DNA from: Candidatus Latescibacterota bacterium
Lineage (GTDB): Bacteria; Latescibacterota; UBA2968; SICM01
Length of the DNA: 64,000 bases
Direction of reading: 5' to 3'
NCBI GenBank assembly: GCA_965217865.1
Contig: CBDCJO010000002.1
Span: forward strand, 4,544,001-4,608,000
Each line of letters begins with the position of its first letter. The stretch's first letter is position 1. Below the pieces are notes generated by a model. It made no database searches and had not been told where the DNA came from. It saw only the letters and a list, made by a program, of their open reading frames with translations. Below, piece after piece: positions 1 through 10,567 of this stretch. The translations under genes were made by a program, and so were the position numbers.

Positions 1-2
1 AG

Positions 3-1118
3 TCCGTTGTCAGTCTTTCGGGAGAGGTGAGTAAAAATCCGCAGGTCAGGCTCGGCGGTATCGAGATCCGGCTGAGCCATCTCCGGATTGAGAACCTGGC
101 AGCGTCCCCTCTGCCGATAGATCCTTTTTCATCTTCGCTACCTGGACAGGATCTGCGGCTCGACTGGCGACATCTGGATCTGCGCCGTCCCGAGAATCAG
201 CACTTCTTCCGAATTCAGACTTCCCTCGAGCAGGCGATGCGTGAATTCTGGGCTACGGAGGGTTTCATTGAGATCCATACACCCAAACTGATGGGCAGCC
301 CAAGTGAGTCCGGAGCCGAGCTCTTCGAGCTTGCGTATTTCGAAAATCGGGCCTATCTGGCTCAATCGCCCCAGTTCTATAAGCAGATGGCCATCGCGGC
401 CGGCCTGAACCGGGTCTTTGAGATCGGCCCTGTCTTTCGGGCGGACCCGTCTTTCACCTCACGGCACACAACGGAATTCACGAGCGTTGACGTGGAGATC
501 GGCTGGATCGAGTCTCACGAGGAGGTGATGGCCTTTGAGGAGCGGTGGTTGTCATATGTCATCGAAGTTCTCCAGGAAAAACACGGAAAGGAGGTCCGCG
601 ATTTATTTGGCAGGGAGGTTATCGTCCCGGTCGTGCCTTTTCCCCGTATCAGTATGGAAGAGGCGACTCAACTCTTAAGCCGTGAGGGTTATGATGGTTC
701 GCCGACCGGCGATCTGGACCCGCATGGTGAGCGATTCCTGGGTGAATACTTTCGCCGCGAGCACGGCCACGAATTTGTATTCGTCACGGACTATCCAGCG
801 GAAGTGCGTCCATTCTATCATATGCGGCACGAGACGGAGCCGAGGCTCACCCGAAGCTACGATCTTCTCTGGATGGGCCTTGAGATAACCACCGGTGCTC
901 AGCGGGAACACCGTCTGAATCCGTTGATCGCTCAGGCAAGGGAGAAGGGTTTGGGCACGGAGGCCATTCAGTTCTACCTGGATTTTTTCAAATATGGATG
1001 TCCGCCTCACGGGGGCTTCGGGCTGGGCCTGGCGCGGCTCTTAATGATCCTGCTGGACCGTCCCAATATCCGGGAGACGACGTTTCTGCCCCGTACACCC
1101 AACAGGCTTCATCCGTAG
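3..1118 (+). CDS. aspS: Aspartate--tRNA(Asp/Asn) ligase, archaeal-type (probably non-discriminating); 5' end outside window
   Basis: Class IIb aaRS motifs YLAQSPQFYKQ, FEIGPVFRA...RHTTEF, YGCPPHGGFGLGLAR; frame is open upstream of the GTG at 27 to the window edge; no large GAD insertion. Confidence 0.85.
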   Translation, partial: SVVSLSGEVSKNPQVRLGGIEIRLSHLRIENLAASPLPIDPFSSSLPGQDLRLDWRHLDLRRPENQHFFRIQTSLEQAMREFWATEGFIEIHTPKLMGSPSESGAELFELAYFENRAYLAQSPQFYKQMAIAAGLNRVFEIGPVFRADPSFTSRHTTEFTSVDVEIGWIESHEEVMAFEERWLSYVIEVLQEKHGKEVRDLFGREVIVPVVPFPRISMEEATQLLSREGYDGSPTGDLDPHGERFLGEYFRREHGHEFVFVTDYPAEVRPFYHMRHETEPRLTRSYDLLWMGLEITTGAQREHRLNPLIAQAREKGLGTEAIQFYLDFFKYGCPPHGGFGLGLARLLMILLDRPNIRETTFLPRTPNRLHP

Positions 1119-1269
1119 TATTTCTACGGCGCACCGGACACTGGTGATAGCTATAAAATTGGATGATCTAAGTGAATGGTCAACTCGGGGTCTTATTGCT
1201 TGACATTGCATGAGGCGTTTTTGATATATTAGTCAGCCCACTTCGATTTTAGGATGAGGCCGGGCAAAT

Positions 1270-2496
1270 GTGCCTGCTAAAGGTGTGATGTCAGAAGACG
1301 AAAAAAGCCTTCCTATGTCCGAGACGAAAAACACGACAACCGATGTTGATCGGCTCCAGCAGCGAAACCGGGAGCTTTCGATCCTGAACACGATTGCCAA
1401 AGCGCTCAACCAATCCGTGGACTTGGACCAGGCTCTGAGCGCGACCCTTTCGGAGGTGGCTGAACTGCTGGACCTGGAAACCGGGTGGATCTGGCTGCTG
1501 CACGAAGCGTCCGATGAGTCCTACCTGGCGGCGTCACAAAACCTCCCCCCTGCGCTTGCGGACAACCCTCACCTGATGGAAGGACGGTGCTACTGCCTGG
1601 ACACCTTTCGAAACGGGGACATGAAGGGCGCTGCGAACGTCAATGTGGTGACATGCAGCCGGCTCCAGAACCTGGTGGAAGGCACCGACGGGCTCCGCTA
1701 CCACGCCAGCATCCCGTTGTATGCGCAAAAAAAGAAGATGGGTGTGCTCAACGTGGCCAGCAGGACATGGCGGAAACTCTCTTCTGAGGATCTCCAGCTG
1801 TTGAATACCATCGGGGATCTGCTTAGCATTGCGGTTGAACGGGCGCGGCTGTTCGATCAGAGCGTCCAGTCCGGGGCCGCTGATGAACGCTACCGGCTCG
1901 CCCGTGAACTCCACGACACCCTTGGGCAGGGTCTCGCCGCAACGCTTTTGAAACTGGAAACCGTGGATGCCCTTTTAGAAGGGGGGTCCGATCCGGACGA
2001 GATCCACAAAGGAATACGCCAGACGATGGAACTGACACGCTCCAACCTGGAGGAAGCGCGCCGCTCCGTGCTCGACCTTCGGGCGGCCTCTCTGGAGGGC
2101 CGTACGCTGGCCGAGGCGTTCGCCTCTCTGGCGGAAGAGGTGTCGAAGAAAGGGGATATCGATATCGGTTTCGAGGCGACGGGGGGAAGCCGTCCCCTTC
2201 CCGTTCGGTTCGAATCGGGGCTTTATCGGATCGCCCAAGAGGCTTTGAACAATGTCGTCCAACACGCAGGCGCCAGTCGTGCTTCGCTTCGGCTTGTCAC
2301 CGCGCCGGAAAGGGTAAGGCTCTTTGTTGAGGACGACGGATGCGGCTTCGATCCGTCCGGGATTTCCGGTGACGGCCACGGGTTGATCGGTATGAACGAG
2401 AGGGTAAAGCTGCTGGGGGGCAGGATACGTCTCGACAGTCGTCCCGGGAAGGGCACGCACATCGAAGTGGCTGTTGCACTGGAGGGTGGACCTTGA
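1270..2496 (+). CDS. GAF-domain sensor histidine kinase (HisKA_3 type)
   Basis: ERYRLARELHDTLGQ H-box, EALNNVVQHA N-box, DDGCGFD and GLIGM G-boxes; N-terminal GAF with CYC...CSRL; start may be ATG 1288 or 1315. Confidence 0.9.
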   Translation: MPAKGVMSEDEKSLPMSETKNTTTDVDRLQQRNRELSILNTIAKALNQSVDLDQALSATLSEVAELLDLETGWIWLLHEASDESYLAASQNLPPALADNPHLMEGRCYCLDTFRNGDMKGAANVNVVTCSRLQNLVEGTDGLRYHASIPLYAQKKKMGVLNVASRTWRKLSSEDLQLLNTIGDLLSIAVERARLFDQSVQSGAADERYRLARELHDTLGQGLAATLLKLETVDALLEGGSDPDEIHKGIRQTMELTRSNLEEARRSVLDLRAASLEGRTLAEAFASLAEEVSKKGDIDIGFEATGGSRPLPVRFESGLYRIAQEALNNVVQHAGASRASLRLVTAPERVRLFVEDDGCGFDPSGISGDGHGLIGMNERVKLLGGRIRLDSRPGKGTHIEVAVALEGGP

Positions 2497-3128
2497 GCGA
2501 AGAGAAAATACGCATTCTGGTCGCGGACGATCACCCGGTTGTACGCGAAGGTCTCATCGCTATTCTCGGGACGCAGCCGGATTTCGACGTGGTCGGCCAG
2601 GCGGGGGATGGAGAGGTGGTAATGGGGCAGGTCGCTTCGCTCCGGCCGGACATCCTGCTGCTCGATCTTGAGATGCCGGGGGTCGACGGTGTGGAGACGC
2701 TTCGACGCCTGAGGGCGTCCGACGCAGAGGTTCGTGCTATTGTCTTTACGGTCTTCGACACCGATGAGCGGATTCTGAGTGCTGTCAAGGCAGGGGCGCG
2801 GGGCTACCTGCTCAAGGGCGCTCCGCGTGAGGAGATCTTCAACGCCTTGCGTGTGGTCCATCAGGGGGGCTCGCTCCTCCAGCCGATCGTGGCCTCAAAA
2901 CTGATGGATCACATCGACAGAGGCGAGCCCGACGCCCTTACCCCGCGCGAGCTTGAAGTGCTGGGTCTGATTGCCCGGGGGCTCCTGAACAAGGAGATTG
3001 CGGACAAGCTATCGATCACCGAGCGAACCGTAAAGTTCCACGTGAGTTCGGTTCTGGCCAAGCTGGACGCCGGAAACCGCACGGAGGCCGTTTCAGTGGC
3101 TGTAAAAAAAGGACTTATTCAAAGGTAA
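2493..3128 (+). CDS. NarL/LuxR-family response regulator
   Basis: Receiver (ADDH, LLDLEMP, YLLK) plus LTPRELEVL...EIADKL...TVKFHV HTH; overlaps kinase stop. Confidence 0.95.
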   Translation: MSEEKIRILVADDHPVVREGLIAILGTQPDFDVVGQAGDGEVVMGQVASLRPDILLLDLEMPGVDGVETLRRLRASDAEVRAIVFTVFDTDERILSAVKAGARGYLLKGAPREEIFNALRVVHQGGSLLQPIVASKLMDHIDRGEPDALTPRELEVLGLIARGLLNKEIADKLSITERTVKFHVSSVLAKLDAGNRTEAVSVAVKKGLIQR

Positions 3129-3318
3129 TTCGGAACAACCCGGCCGATAGGACAGGTCCATACCTGGCCCTTTTTATAGGACGATGTCTGACCCTCCGTA
3201 CGATGCGGGGGGCTTTTTTTATCGGTATATTTGAATTGAAAATTAATGGGGATGTGGCAAAGAGACGGTATGCCATCTAGAGGACGATCGTTGGTCAGTA
3301 TATTTAAAGGAGGACGTT

Positions 3319-3720
3319 ATGAGCGGCCAGGTAGAACACGCAAATATCAAGGTTCGGGACATCGATGAGACGGTGAACTTTCTAACAACTGCCCTGCCGA
3401 ACTTCAAGGTTCGGGGGGGCAGTGATGAGCCTTCCAAGAAATGGGTTCACATCGGAACGGAATCGACTTACTTAGCCCTGAATGAAGACGGAAGAGGCAC
3501 ACAGAAGCAGGGGCCCGGTCTAAACCACGTTGGCTTCGTCGTGGATGATACGGATGCTGTTCGGGAAAGATTGGAAAAGGCGGGATTTAAGGAGGGCTAT
3601 GTGCCGGAAACCCATCCCCACAGGAGACGCGTCTACTACCTGGATGGCAGTGGTACAGAATGGGAATTCGTACAATACTTCTCAAACGATCCGGCTGAAC
3701 GCAACGATTATACGAGGTAG
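3319..3720 (+). CDS. VOC/glyoxalase family protein
   Basis: EHANIKVRD, LNHVGFVVDD, EWEFVQY motifs; AGGAGG RBS. Confidence 0.85.
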   Translation: MSGQVEHANIKVRDIDETVNFLTTALPNFKVRGGSDEPSKKWVHIGTESTYLALNEDGRGTQKQGPGLNHVGFVVDDTDAVRERLEKAGFKEGYVPETHPHRRRVYYLDGSGTEWEFVQYFSNDPAERNDYTR

Positions 3721-3902
3721 GTTGGATATTTCGATCCAACCAATTGCAGCCCCCGTTTAATGATTGTATTGCTTTTGTTCCTTAGAACTGGCACCTATGT
3801 GTTCCACCTTCGTCGATTCATCCTGCTGAGGGGTAGATTTTGAATACATTCCGAATTTGAAGCGGTTGAGTTTTCAGTCCCAATGAGTAGGGAGGCAAAA
3901 TC

Positions 3903-5345
3903 ATGCCGAACCAGCCAACAGATAGTGTCCGGTTCAGGCCAGATATCGAGCCATATGTCCAGCTTATGGAAAGGACACCAAGAGAGGCCTGTGTGCCGAC
4001 GGTGGTCGAGCAGCTACGACGTGGATTGACTTACCGGCAGTTCTTGGAAGCACTCATGCTGGCGGGTATCCGAAAAAGCAATTCAGGCCACGAAGTATAT
4101 CTGGTCCACGCGGCTCACCAAATGAGTCTGGATGCACGGCACGAAGACCGACTACTGCCTTTGTTTTGGGCTCTGGATTCCTTCAAGCGACAACAGGAAG
4201 CACTCCCGGCTCCACCCATCTCTTCCCTGAAGGGGAACCTACCGCCTCAGGAAAAGGCGCCAAGAGAGTTTCACGATGCCATTCGTCAATTTGACAGAGA
4301 GCGATCCGAGCTGGCAATCATTGCACTGGCAAGGAGCAGAGGTCCGGAGCACGCCATACAACACTTATGGCATTACGGAGCCCGTGATTGGGACAGCATC
4401 GGTCACCATGCAATAGCTCTAGCTAACTGCTTCCGGACTCTTCAGGCGATCAATTGGAAGCACGCAGAGCCGGTATTACGCTTCGTGATTCGCCATCTGG
4501 TAGGTAGACCAGAAAACCAATCCTACTACCCAAATGTATCACGCGCAAAAAGGGGATTCGAGAAGCTTGAACACGCATGGGACCATGCTGGATCAGCTCC
4601 CGAGGCCACGCTGGAACTCTTTGCTGTGATGCGAGAAGGAGAAGTAGATGAAGCCTGCGAATTAGCCAGCGGGTTGTTGATCGGCAATAGGGCCACTGCT
4701 GGTGCCATATGGGATGCGGTCCATCTCACGGCAGGCGATTTGATGGTACGCTTCAATGACGAAAGTCGGCTTTGTACTCGCCCTCTGCACGCAAATACTT
4801 CGGCAAACGCTCTCCACTATTCCTTTCGTAACAGCAATGATGATGAAACCCGTCTGTTGATTCTGCTGCAAGCTGTCGGATGGATAGCAGAGTTCACCAG
4901 AGTTGAGAAGTTTAGAGGGAATTTGAGGGATCTCAACATCACACAGCTTCCCAGTGTCGAGACTCCACAATCTCAAGAGGCCGCCGTCGAAGAGATATTT
5001 GCTCTCTTATCATCAGATGCGAAATTTCCGAAAGGCAGTGAAATGGGTGGAAACCCAGCCAACCGGGCGGGACAAGATAAAGCCATGCCAAAAGCTTTGA
5101 CATTATCTCAAAGGCACCCAAATCCGCAGATCTTCTTTGAAGAAGCAAGGCGACTGCTATTTAGGAAGGCAACATACAATGCACACAACTATAAGTTTCC
5201 TGCTGCAATCTTTGAAGACTACGAATTGGTGAATCCAAAGTGGAGGCCCCATATTCTGGCCACATCTGTAAATTGGCTTTACGGCTGTCAAAGTCCGTAT
5301 TCGCCTGTTTATCTGCAGGTGAGTGATTCCCTCAATGAATTGTGA
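3903..5345 (+). CDS. Conserved hypothetical all-alpha protein with His-rich motifs
   Basis: 480-aa ORF with GGGAGG RBS; motifs GHEVYLVHAAHQM, SIGHHAI, LHANTSANALH, NAHNYKF. Confidence 0.7.
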   Translation: MPNQPTDSVRFRPDIEPYVQLMERTPREACVPTVVEQLRRGLTYRQFLEALMLAGIRKSNSGHEVYLVHAAHQMSLDARHEDRLLPLFWALDSFKRQQEALPAPPISSLKGNLPPQEKAPREFHDAIRQFDRERSELAIIALARSRGPEHAIQHLWHYGARDWDSIGHHAIALANCFRTLQAINWKHAEPVLRFVIRHLVGRPENQSYYPNVSRAKRGFEKLEHAWDHAGSAPEATLELFAVMREGEVDEACELASGLLIGNRATAGAIWDAVHLTAGDLMVRFNDESRLCTRPLHANTSANALHYSFRNSNDDETRLLILLQAVGWIAEFTRVEKFRGNLRDLNITQLPSVETPQSQEAAVEEIFALLSSDAKFPKGSEMGGNPANRAGQDKAMPKALTLSQRHPNPQIFFEEARRLLFRKATYNAHNYKFPAAIFEDYELVNPKWRPHILATSVNWLYGCQSPYSPVYLQVSDSLNEL

Positions 5346-5389
5346 GAGGTCAAGGACTCCTATCCCAGGCCTCAATCTCTCGAATATCC

Positions 5390-7309
5390 CTACCCCCGAC
5401 CAATCCCCTCCGCTTTTATCCATTTTTCCACAATTTCCACAATATCCGGATCTTCCTTGACCCCCTCGAATTCCTTGAAATCCTCAAAATAGGCCCGGCA
5501 TTGTCCGCTCGTGACGAACTCTCCCGAGATGCTGCCTAACCGCTCCTTTGCCTCCTTTACACGGTCCAAAGCGAATAAAGATGCGGCGTTGCGGAGGGGC
5601 GCACTGAAGTAGACGTAGTCGATAAGTACGTCGCCCTGACCGTATTGAATCACGGACTCAAAGTATTGGACGGCCTTCCGGTAACGGCCTGTACGGTATG
5701 CGGCTTCCCCGGCATGGGCAAAGGACATCGTGAGGTGCCACCTTTCGTCTTTTGCTTCACGCTGCAAATCTTGATCGTCGGGATTTTCCTTTGTCCGGCG
5801 ATCTAATTTCTGCCAGTGGCCTTGGTGCTTTCCAAGCGCCCAATCCAGTTCATCGAAGGTAGACGATGGATCCAAACCGCCTTCGTGTTCCGCTCTGGCC
5901 ACAACTGAAGCCAGCATGTCGCAGATGTTCGACCAGCGCGCTTTCTCTCCTGTTAGTCCTTTGTGGAAGGGTCCGAAATCGAAGAGTTGTGGATCCTCCT
6001 CTGGAATTGCCTTTAGCCATTCCACAAATCCACAGCCTTCCCTGGCGGCTTTTTCCCACTGCTTCATCTCCAAAAAGATCCGGGAACGAACCTGATGGTA
6101 CAACCTCCTTCCATAGATGGACCAGTTGTCTCCGACGGCCTTCCCCAACTCTTCGATCTGTGACAGGGCTTCTTCAGCAGAACCTATTCGGGGATAGGCA
6201 ATTGTAATGGCGACTGAACACCACAGATGGAGTTTTTCTTGAGGATCCAAATCCTGAGGAAGAAGCGTCCGAGCACGGCGGTGGCACCTGACGACAGCCT
6301 CCAGGTCGTTGGCCCGATAATATCGATCGGTTGCTCTCCTGAGATATGCTATACTTTGTTCCTCGTCGCTTATCCCGTCCGCTGCTTTTTCTAGAAGCTC
6401 CCCGGCTTCGCGAAAGCGTCCAAATCTGGCGTAGAGGCCATCGAGTGTCCATACGAGCCGGTAGTCATTTCCTTCAAGCTGGTAGGCTCTTTCGAGCTCC
6501 CCAAAGGTATCTTTCAACAGGTTTCGGTCCCCGAATTCGGGATCCATCCGCATCAGCTCTCCAACTTCGCTGCTCAAAGCCAGGGCAAGCCCCCGCTGAG
6601 CCTCTGCGTGTCCGGGGTCGGCCTCTACGACTTTGCGAAATTCGTTTTTCGCCGCGGGAAATTTCCCCTCCTCCAGCAGTAGTTTTCCTCTATCAAGCGT
6701 CTTTTTAAAGACTTCCTCCGTAAAATTCTCAGGAAGCTTATAATCGCCAAGGGTCCCGTTCACCATTTTGACCATCCCCTCTTTCAACCGGGTACGGGCC
6801 CGGTAGAGTCTCTGGTTCACACTCTGGGCAGAAATTTCAAGGAATGAAGCGATTTGCTTCAAGGACATCGATTTCAAGTAGAACAGGACAACAACCTGTT
6901 GTTGTGGCCCGGTCAGATGGGCGATCGCATTCAGGACCTGTTGCCGGGTTTCTCGGGAATCCATCTCGCTCTCAGGACTGCTCGAAGAAGAGACGAGCAT
7001 TTCCTCGCGAACCTCATCCAGAGGCGCCGAACGGCTCTGTCGGCGCATCCACATCTTGCATTCGTTGATCGCGATTCGTCGCAGCCACGGTCCGAAGCGG
7101 TCCGCGCGAGGGAGGTCCTGGATCCTCAAGAATGAGGTGATGAAGGCCTCCTGTGCGGCATCTTCGGCAGCGTCGAAGTCCCGGGTATAGGCAGCGCAGA
7201 GCCCGAAGACCGCGTAGCGATATCGGTTTATGAGCTGCTCAAAGGCGCCGATGTCGACAAGGAGGAAGGCCTCAACGAGTTGTCCATCCGTTTTTTTGGG
7301 ATTTTTCAT
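5390..7309 (-). CDS. ECF sigma-70 factor with long C-terminal TPR-like extension
   Basis: sigma2 (AEDAAQEAF...FGPWLRRIAINEC) and sigma4 (SLKQIASFLEIS...RLYRAR) followed by about 450 aa of helical repeats; ATG at 7309 preferred. Confidence 0.85.
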   Translation of the reverse strand: MKNPKKTDGQLVEAFLLVDIGAFEQLINRYRYAVFGLCAAYTRDFDAAEDAAQEAFITSFLRIQDLPRADRFGPWLRRIAINECKMWMRRQSRSAPLDEVREEMLVSSSSSPESEMDSRETRQQVLNAIAHLTGPQQQVVVLFYLKSMSLKQIASFLEISAQSVNQRLYRARTRLKEGMVKMVNGTLGDYKLPENFTEEVFKKTLDRGKLLLEEGKFPAAKNEFRKVVEADPGHAEAQRGLALALSSEVGELMRMDPEFGDRNLLKDTFGELERAYQLEGNDYRLVWTLDGLYARFGRFREAGELLEKAADGISDEEQSIAYLRRATDRYYRANDLEAVVRCHRRARTLLPQDLDPQEKLHLWCSVAITIAYPRIGSAEEALSQIEELGKAVGDNWSIYGRRLYHQVRSRIFLEMKQWEKAAREGCGFVEWLKAIPEEDPQLFDFGPFHKGLTGEKARWSNICDMLASVVARAEHEGGLDPSSTFDELDWALGKHQGHWQKLDRRTKENPDDQDLQREAKDERWHLTMSFAHAGEAAYRTGRYRKAVQYFESVIQYGQGDVLIDYVYFSAPLRNAASLFALDRVKEAKERLGSISGEFVTSGQCRAYFEDFKEFEGVKEDPDIVEIVEKWIKAEGIGRG

Positions 7310-7402
7310 GAGTGCACTCAAATCATTAATGCACGAGGGATGCAAAATATAACGCTGAAGTGGAAATATTTTAGGGAAAGGCGAATCTGTATCATTTTTT
7401 CC

Positions 7403-7446
7403 TTGCAAATTCCTAAGAAATTAATTACATTACTAATTAATTAGTA
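7403..7446 (+). promoter_or_regulatory. Promoter (TTGCAA-17-TACATT) with perfect 16-bp palindrome TACTAATTAATTAGTA, probable BlaI-family operator
   Basis: Palindrome 7431-7446 abuts the -10 box upstream of the blaI-like gene. Confidence 0.6.
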
Positions 7447-7508
7447 GATAGGCCTGTGATAAAGTCTTTCGGAAACATCCAGGTCCATTAACCGGAGAAT
7501 CTCCGCAT

Positions 7509-7916
7509 ATGAAGAAAAGAATTGAAAAAGGCCTGTCGAGGGTCGAGTGGGAGATCATGGATGGCGTCTGGAAATTTCCCGACCGCGTAACGGTCCGAGA
7601 GGTTCACGGCTGTCTCTATCCAAAAGGGCAGAAGGCATACACAACCGTTCAGACGATCATGAACATTCTGGTCGAAAAAGGGTATTTGACCAAAGAGAAG
7701 ATCGGAATGGTAAACTTCTATCTCCCGACTACGTCACAGAAGGAGATGGCGCACAAGGAGGCCCGGTCCTTAGTGTCCAGGGCTTTCGATGGTTCTTTTT
7801 TCGCCCTGGCGAACTATCTTGTGGACTCAGGATCCCTTTCACAGAAAGACTTAAATCTTCTTAAAGGCCTAATCGAGGCGAAAGAGAGCGAAGGAAAGGG
7901 TAAAGGAAGGAGTTAA
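7509..7916 (+). CDS. BlaI/MecI/CopY family transcriptional repressor
   Basis: LSRVEWEIMDGVW...AYTTVQTIMNILVEKG...FDGS signature. Confidence 0.92.
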   Translation: MKKRIEKGLSRVEWEIMDGVWKFPDRVTVREVHGCLYPKGQKAYTTVQTIMNILVEKGYLTKEKIGMVNFYLPTTSQKEMAHKEARSLVSRAFDGSFFALANYLVDSGSLSQKDLNLLKGLIEAKESEGKGKGRS

Positions 7917-7917
7917 G

Positions 7918-9618
7918 ATGGATACGGTCCGACAGTTTTCCGAAGCCTGGATGCCGATTTTCGGGATCCATATGCTCGAGATCTCCGCCTTCATCCTCCT
8001 GGTGTGGATAGTTGATCGCTTCGTGAGATTGGATACTCGCCTGCGGTATCTGCTCTGGCTTTTGGCCCTGGTGAAAGTGTTCGTTCCTCCCGTTTTCTCT
8101 TTGCCAATGCTCACTCTAGAGCCGAACGCGTTGCCTGCACAAATCTCATTCCAGGCGATTGGTGTGAATCTCTCAGGATCTCAATTTTCACACGAAGCGA
8201 AGCGTTTTTCGCTATCCTGGTTTGTATTGATTACCTGGATGGCGTCCGTTCTCACTTTAGCTGGAATGGCGGTATTTCAAAATGTCGCCTTGCGACGACG
8301 CCTTCGGAATGGTATACCTGTCGAGATTCCGACCTCATACCTGCCCACCCATTCGTCCCAAACGGGTTTGCAGATCTTCACCGTCTGCACGATTCAGTCC
8401 CCGGTCCTTGTAGGACATCTCCGGCCCCGGCTCTACCTGCCGGAGGAATGGAAGACCTGGCCACATCTCCAACTTCGGGGGGTTCTCTCCCACGAAATTG
8501 CCCACCTCCGATTCTCTGACCGTTGGGTGATTGTCCTGCAGGCCCTTGCGCACATCCTCTTCGGGTTGAATCCTTTGGTTTGGTTGTTGTGTTCCCGTCT
8601 GGCATACATTCGTGAGCTCCGGTGCGATGAAACAGCCATCGAGGAATTGAACATCGATCCTGTTGACTATAGCAAACTGTTGTACGCCTTCATCCAGAAG
8701 CAGGTCCACGGGACTTTTCCAGTGACCACCGGAATCTCCTTTTTGGACAATCATCGTGCAATCCTTAAACGGTTTCACCACCTGCTTAATTTTCAAAAGG
8801 CCACGCGATCCAGGAAATCGTGGCACCCATTTACCCTGGTTATTCTGGCACTATTTATCTTTCCGTTTTCCGTGAAGGGGCGTGAGGAGAATCTAAAATC
8901 ACAAGACGATCTTCCCAAACGTGGAGAGTTCGTGCCTGTGGATACACAACCAATGCCCATATCTAAGCCTGCGGTAAAGTATCCGGAATCTGCGCTCAGG
9001 GACAGCATTGAAGGTGTCGTTTTTATTCATGTCCTGGTCGGAAAGGACGGTAAAACCCGTCAGGTAGAGGTAATCAGGGGTCCTGCCATCTTTCATGAGG
9101 CCTCCATCGCGTCGGCCGAAGCGATGGTCTGGGAACCGGCCACTCATAAAGGAGATCCGATCAGTGTTTGGATAGCATATCAAATCAGATTTAAATTTAG
9201 ATCTGATGGTTCTCCTTCTGCGATGGGGAGTGAGCGACCATCTAATTTCCTTAATCGAGGACCGGCCATTATGGTAGAGACGGAATCCGGCGATTCGATT
9301 CATGTAGATAAAATAGATAAAATGCCGTCACCGATCGGGAGTCCCAAACCCGTGTATCCGGAGTCAGCAATTAAAGACAGTCTGAATGGGCTTGTTGTCA
9401 TTCAACTCCTTGTCGGCAAAGATGGGCGGGTAAAAAAAACCAGGCTGCTCGAGGGAGAGGAACCATTCTCTAGCGCGGCGATCGAAGCAGGCAAAAAGTC
9501 TATCTGGGAACCTGCAATATATAAAGGAAAACCGGTGGGGGTGTGGGTCGCATTTCCGATTAGGTTTATAATGAGCCAAAGTAAGCAACGGGGGGTTATC
9601 CCACCCAACGGGGATTAA
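7918..9618 (+). CDS. M56 (BlaR1-like) metallopeptidase fused to two TonB C-terminal domains
   Basis: TM segments, HEIAH zinc motif, NPLVW...RELRCDE; two YPESA..D..G.V....LVGKDG...WEPA..KG.P..VW repeats. Confidence 0.88.
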   Translation: MDTVRQFSEAWMPIFGIHMLEISAFILLVWIVDRFVRLDTRLRYLLWLLALVKVFVPPVFSLPMLTLEPNALPAQISFQAIGVNLSGSQFSHEAKRFSLSWFVLITWMASVLTLAGMAVFQNVALRRRLRNGIPVEIPTSYLPTHSSQTGLQIFTVCTIQSPVLVGHLRPRLYLPEEWKTWPHLQLRGVLSHEIAHLRFSDRWVIVLQALAHILFGLNPLVWLLCSRLAYIRELRCDETAIEELNIDPVDYSKLLYAFIQKQVHGTFPVTTGISFLDNHRAILKRFHHLLNFQKATRSRKSWHPFTLVILALFIFPFSVKGREENLKSQDDLPKRGEFVPVDTQPMPISKPAVKYPESALRDSIEGVVFIHVLVGKDGKTRQVEVIRGPAIFHEASIASAEAMVWEPATHKGDPISVWIAYQIRFKFRSDGSPSAMGSERPSNFLNRGPAIMVETESGDSIHVDKIDKMPSPIGSPKPVYPESAIKDSLNGLVVIQLLVGKDGRVKKTRLLEGEEPFSSAAIEAGKKSIWEPAIYKGKPVGVWVAFPIRFIMSQSKQRGVIPPNGD

Positions 9619-9757
9619 TCAAAAATCCGCGTCTAAAACAAGCGTAGAGCTCTTCAGCGGATGGGACCGCGAAATTTTCACGACGTACCCACAAGTAGCT
9701 TATCAATTTAACAATTTGCACTTTCCATTTTTCATTCTGCATTTCCCTTCCTCCCTC

Positions 9758-10567
9758 TCAACTCCCAGTCGACTGATAGTGCCGCACACCCACCTTCCAC
9801 GCCTGCAGCGCCCCGATCAGGAAAAGAAAACCCACCAGAGGTGCTATCCATCCGAGAAATGACGGCATGCCTAGCGGATCCTGCCGGTCCATGATCGCCA
9901 ACCCGGGAAAGTAGTTTGCGAAGGCCAGGGGTACCCCATAGGTAAAAAACTTCCTGAACCACGATCGGTAAATGGAGAGGGGGTATTGTGCGGATTCCAC
10001 GCCCCCATAGGTGAGGGTGTTCATGATCTCAAGGGTTTCCGTGGTCCAGAACGCAAGGATGGCCTGGAGAACCATCAGGGCGTAAAAGAAGCAAGCCCCC
10101 CCGAAGACTGTTGAAACCGCCAGCCCGATCTTAAGCGGTGTCCATACAATCTCAAGCTCCGACGCGGCCCATATGAGGACCGCTACGCCTTGAAGCAGTC
10201 TTCCTATTCTGCGGACCACCAATTCTTTCCCCGCCAGTTGGAGTGTGGTGCTCCTGGGTCTTAAAAGAAGACGGTCGAAGTCCCCGGCCTTGACCATATC
10301 CCCAAAGGTATCGAACCCGCGGCATGTCGCGTCGGCCAGAGCAAACGACACGTTCACAATCCCATAGAACAGCGCCACTTCCTCCAATGCCCATCCCGCG
10401 AGACTTCCGAAACGGTCAAAAAGGGCCAGGATGCCCAGGAATTCAACCCCGGTCGCCAGGAACTGTCCGATCGACTGCATCACGAAAGAGGCGCGGTACT
10501 GCATCTGGCCCCGAAAGGAGATTCCAATGTATCGAGTATAGAGCCGAGCTGCGTTCAGCATCTTCAT
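9758..10567 (-). CDS. ABC-2 family transporter permease
   Basis: YRASF, GDFDRLLLRP, YPLSIY, C-terminal YQSTGS; ATGA overlap with upstream gene. Confidence 0.9.
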   Translation of the reverse strand: MKMLNAARLYTRYIGISFRGQMQYRASFVMQSIGQFLATGVEFLGILALFDRFGSLAGWALEEVALFYGIVNVSFALADATCRGFDTFGDMVKAGDFDRLLLRPRSTTLQLAGKELVVRRIGRLLQGVAVLIWAASELEIVWTPLKIGLAVSTVFGGACFFYALMVLQAILAFWTTETLEIMNTLTYGGVESAQYPLSIYRSWFRKFFTYGVPLAFANYFPGLAIMDRQDPLGMPSFLGWIAPLVGFLFLIGALQAWKVGVRHYQSTGS

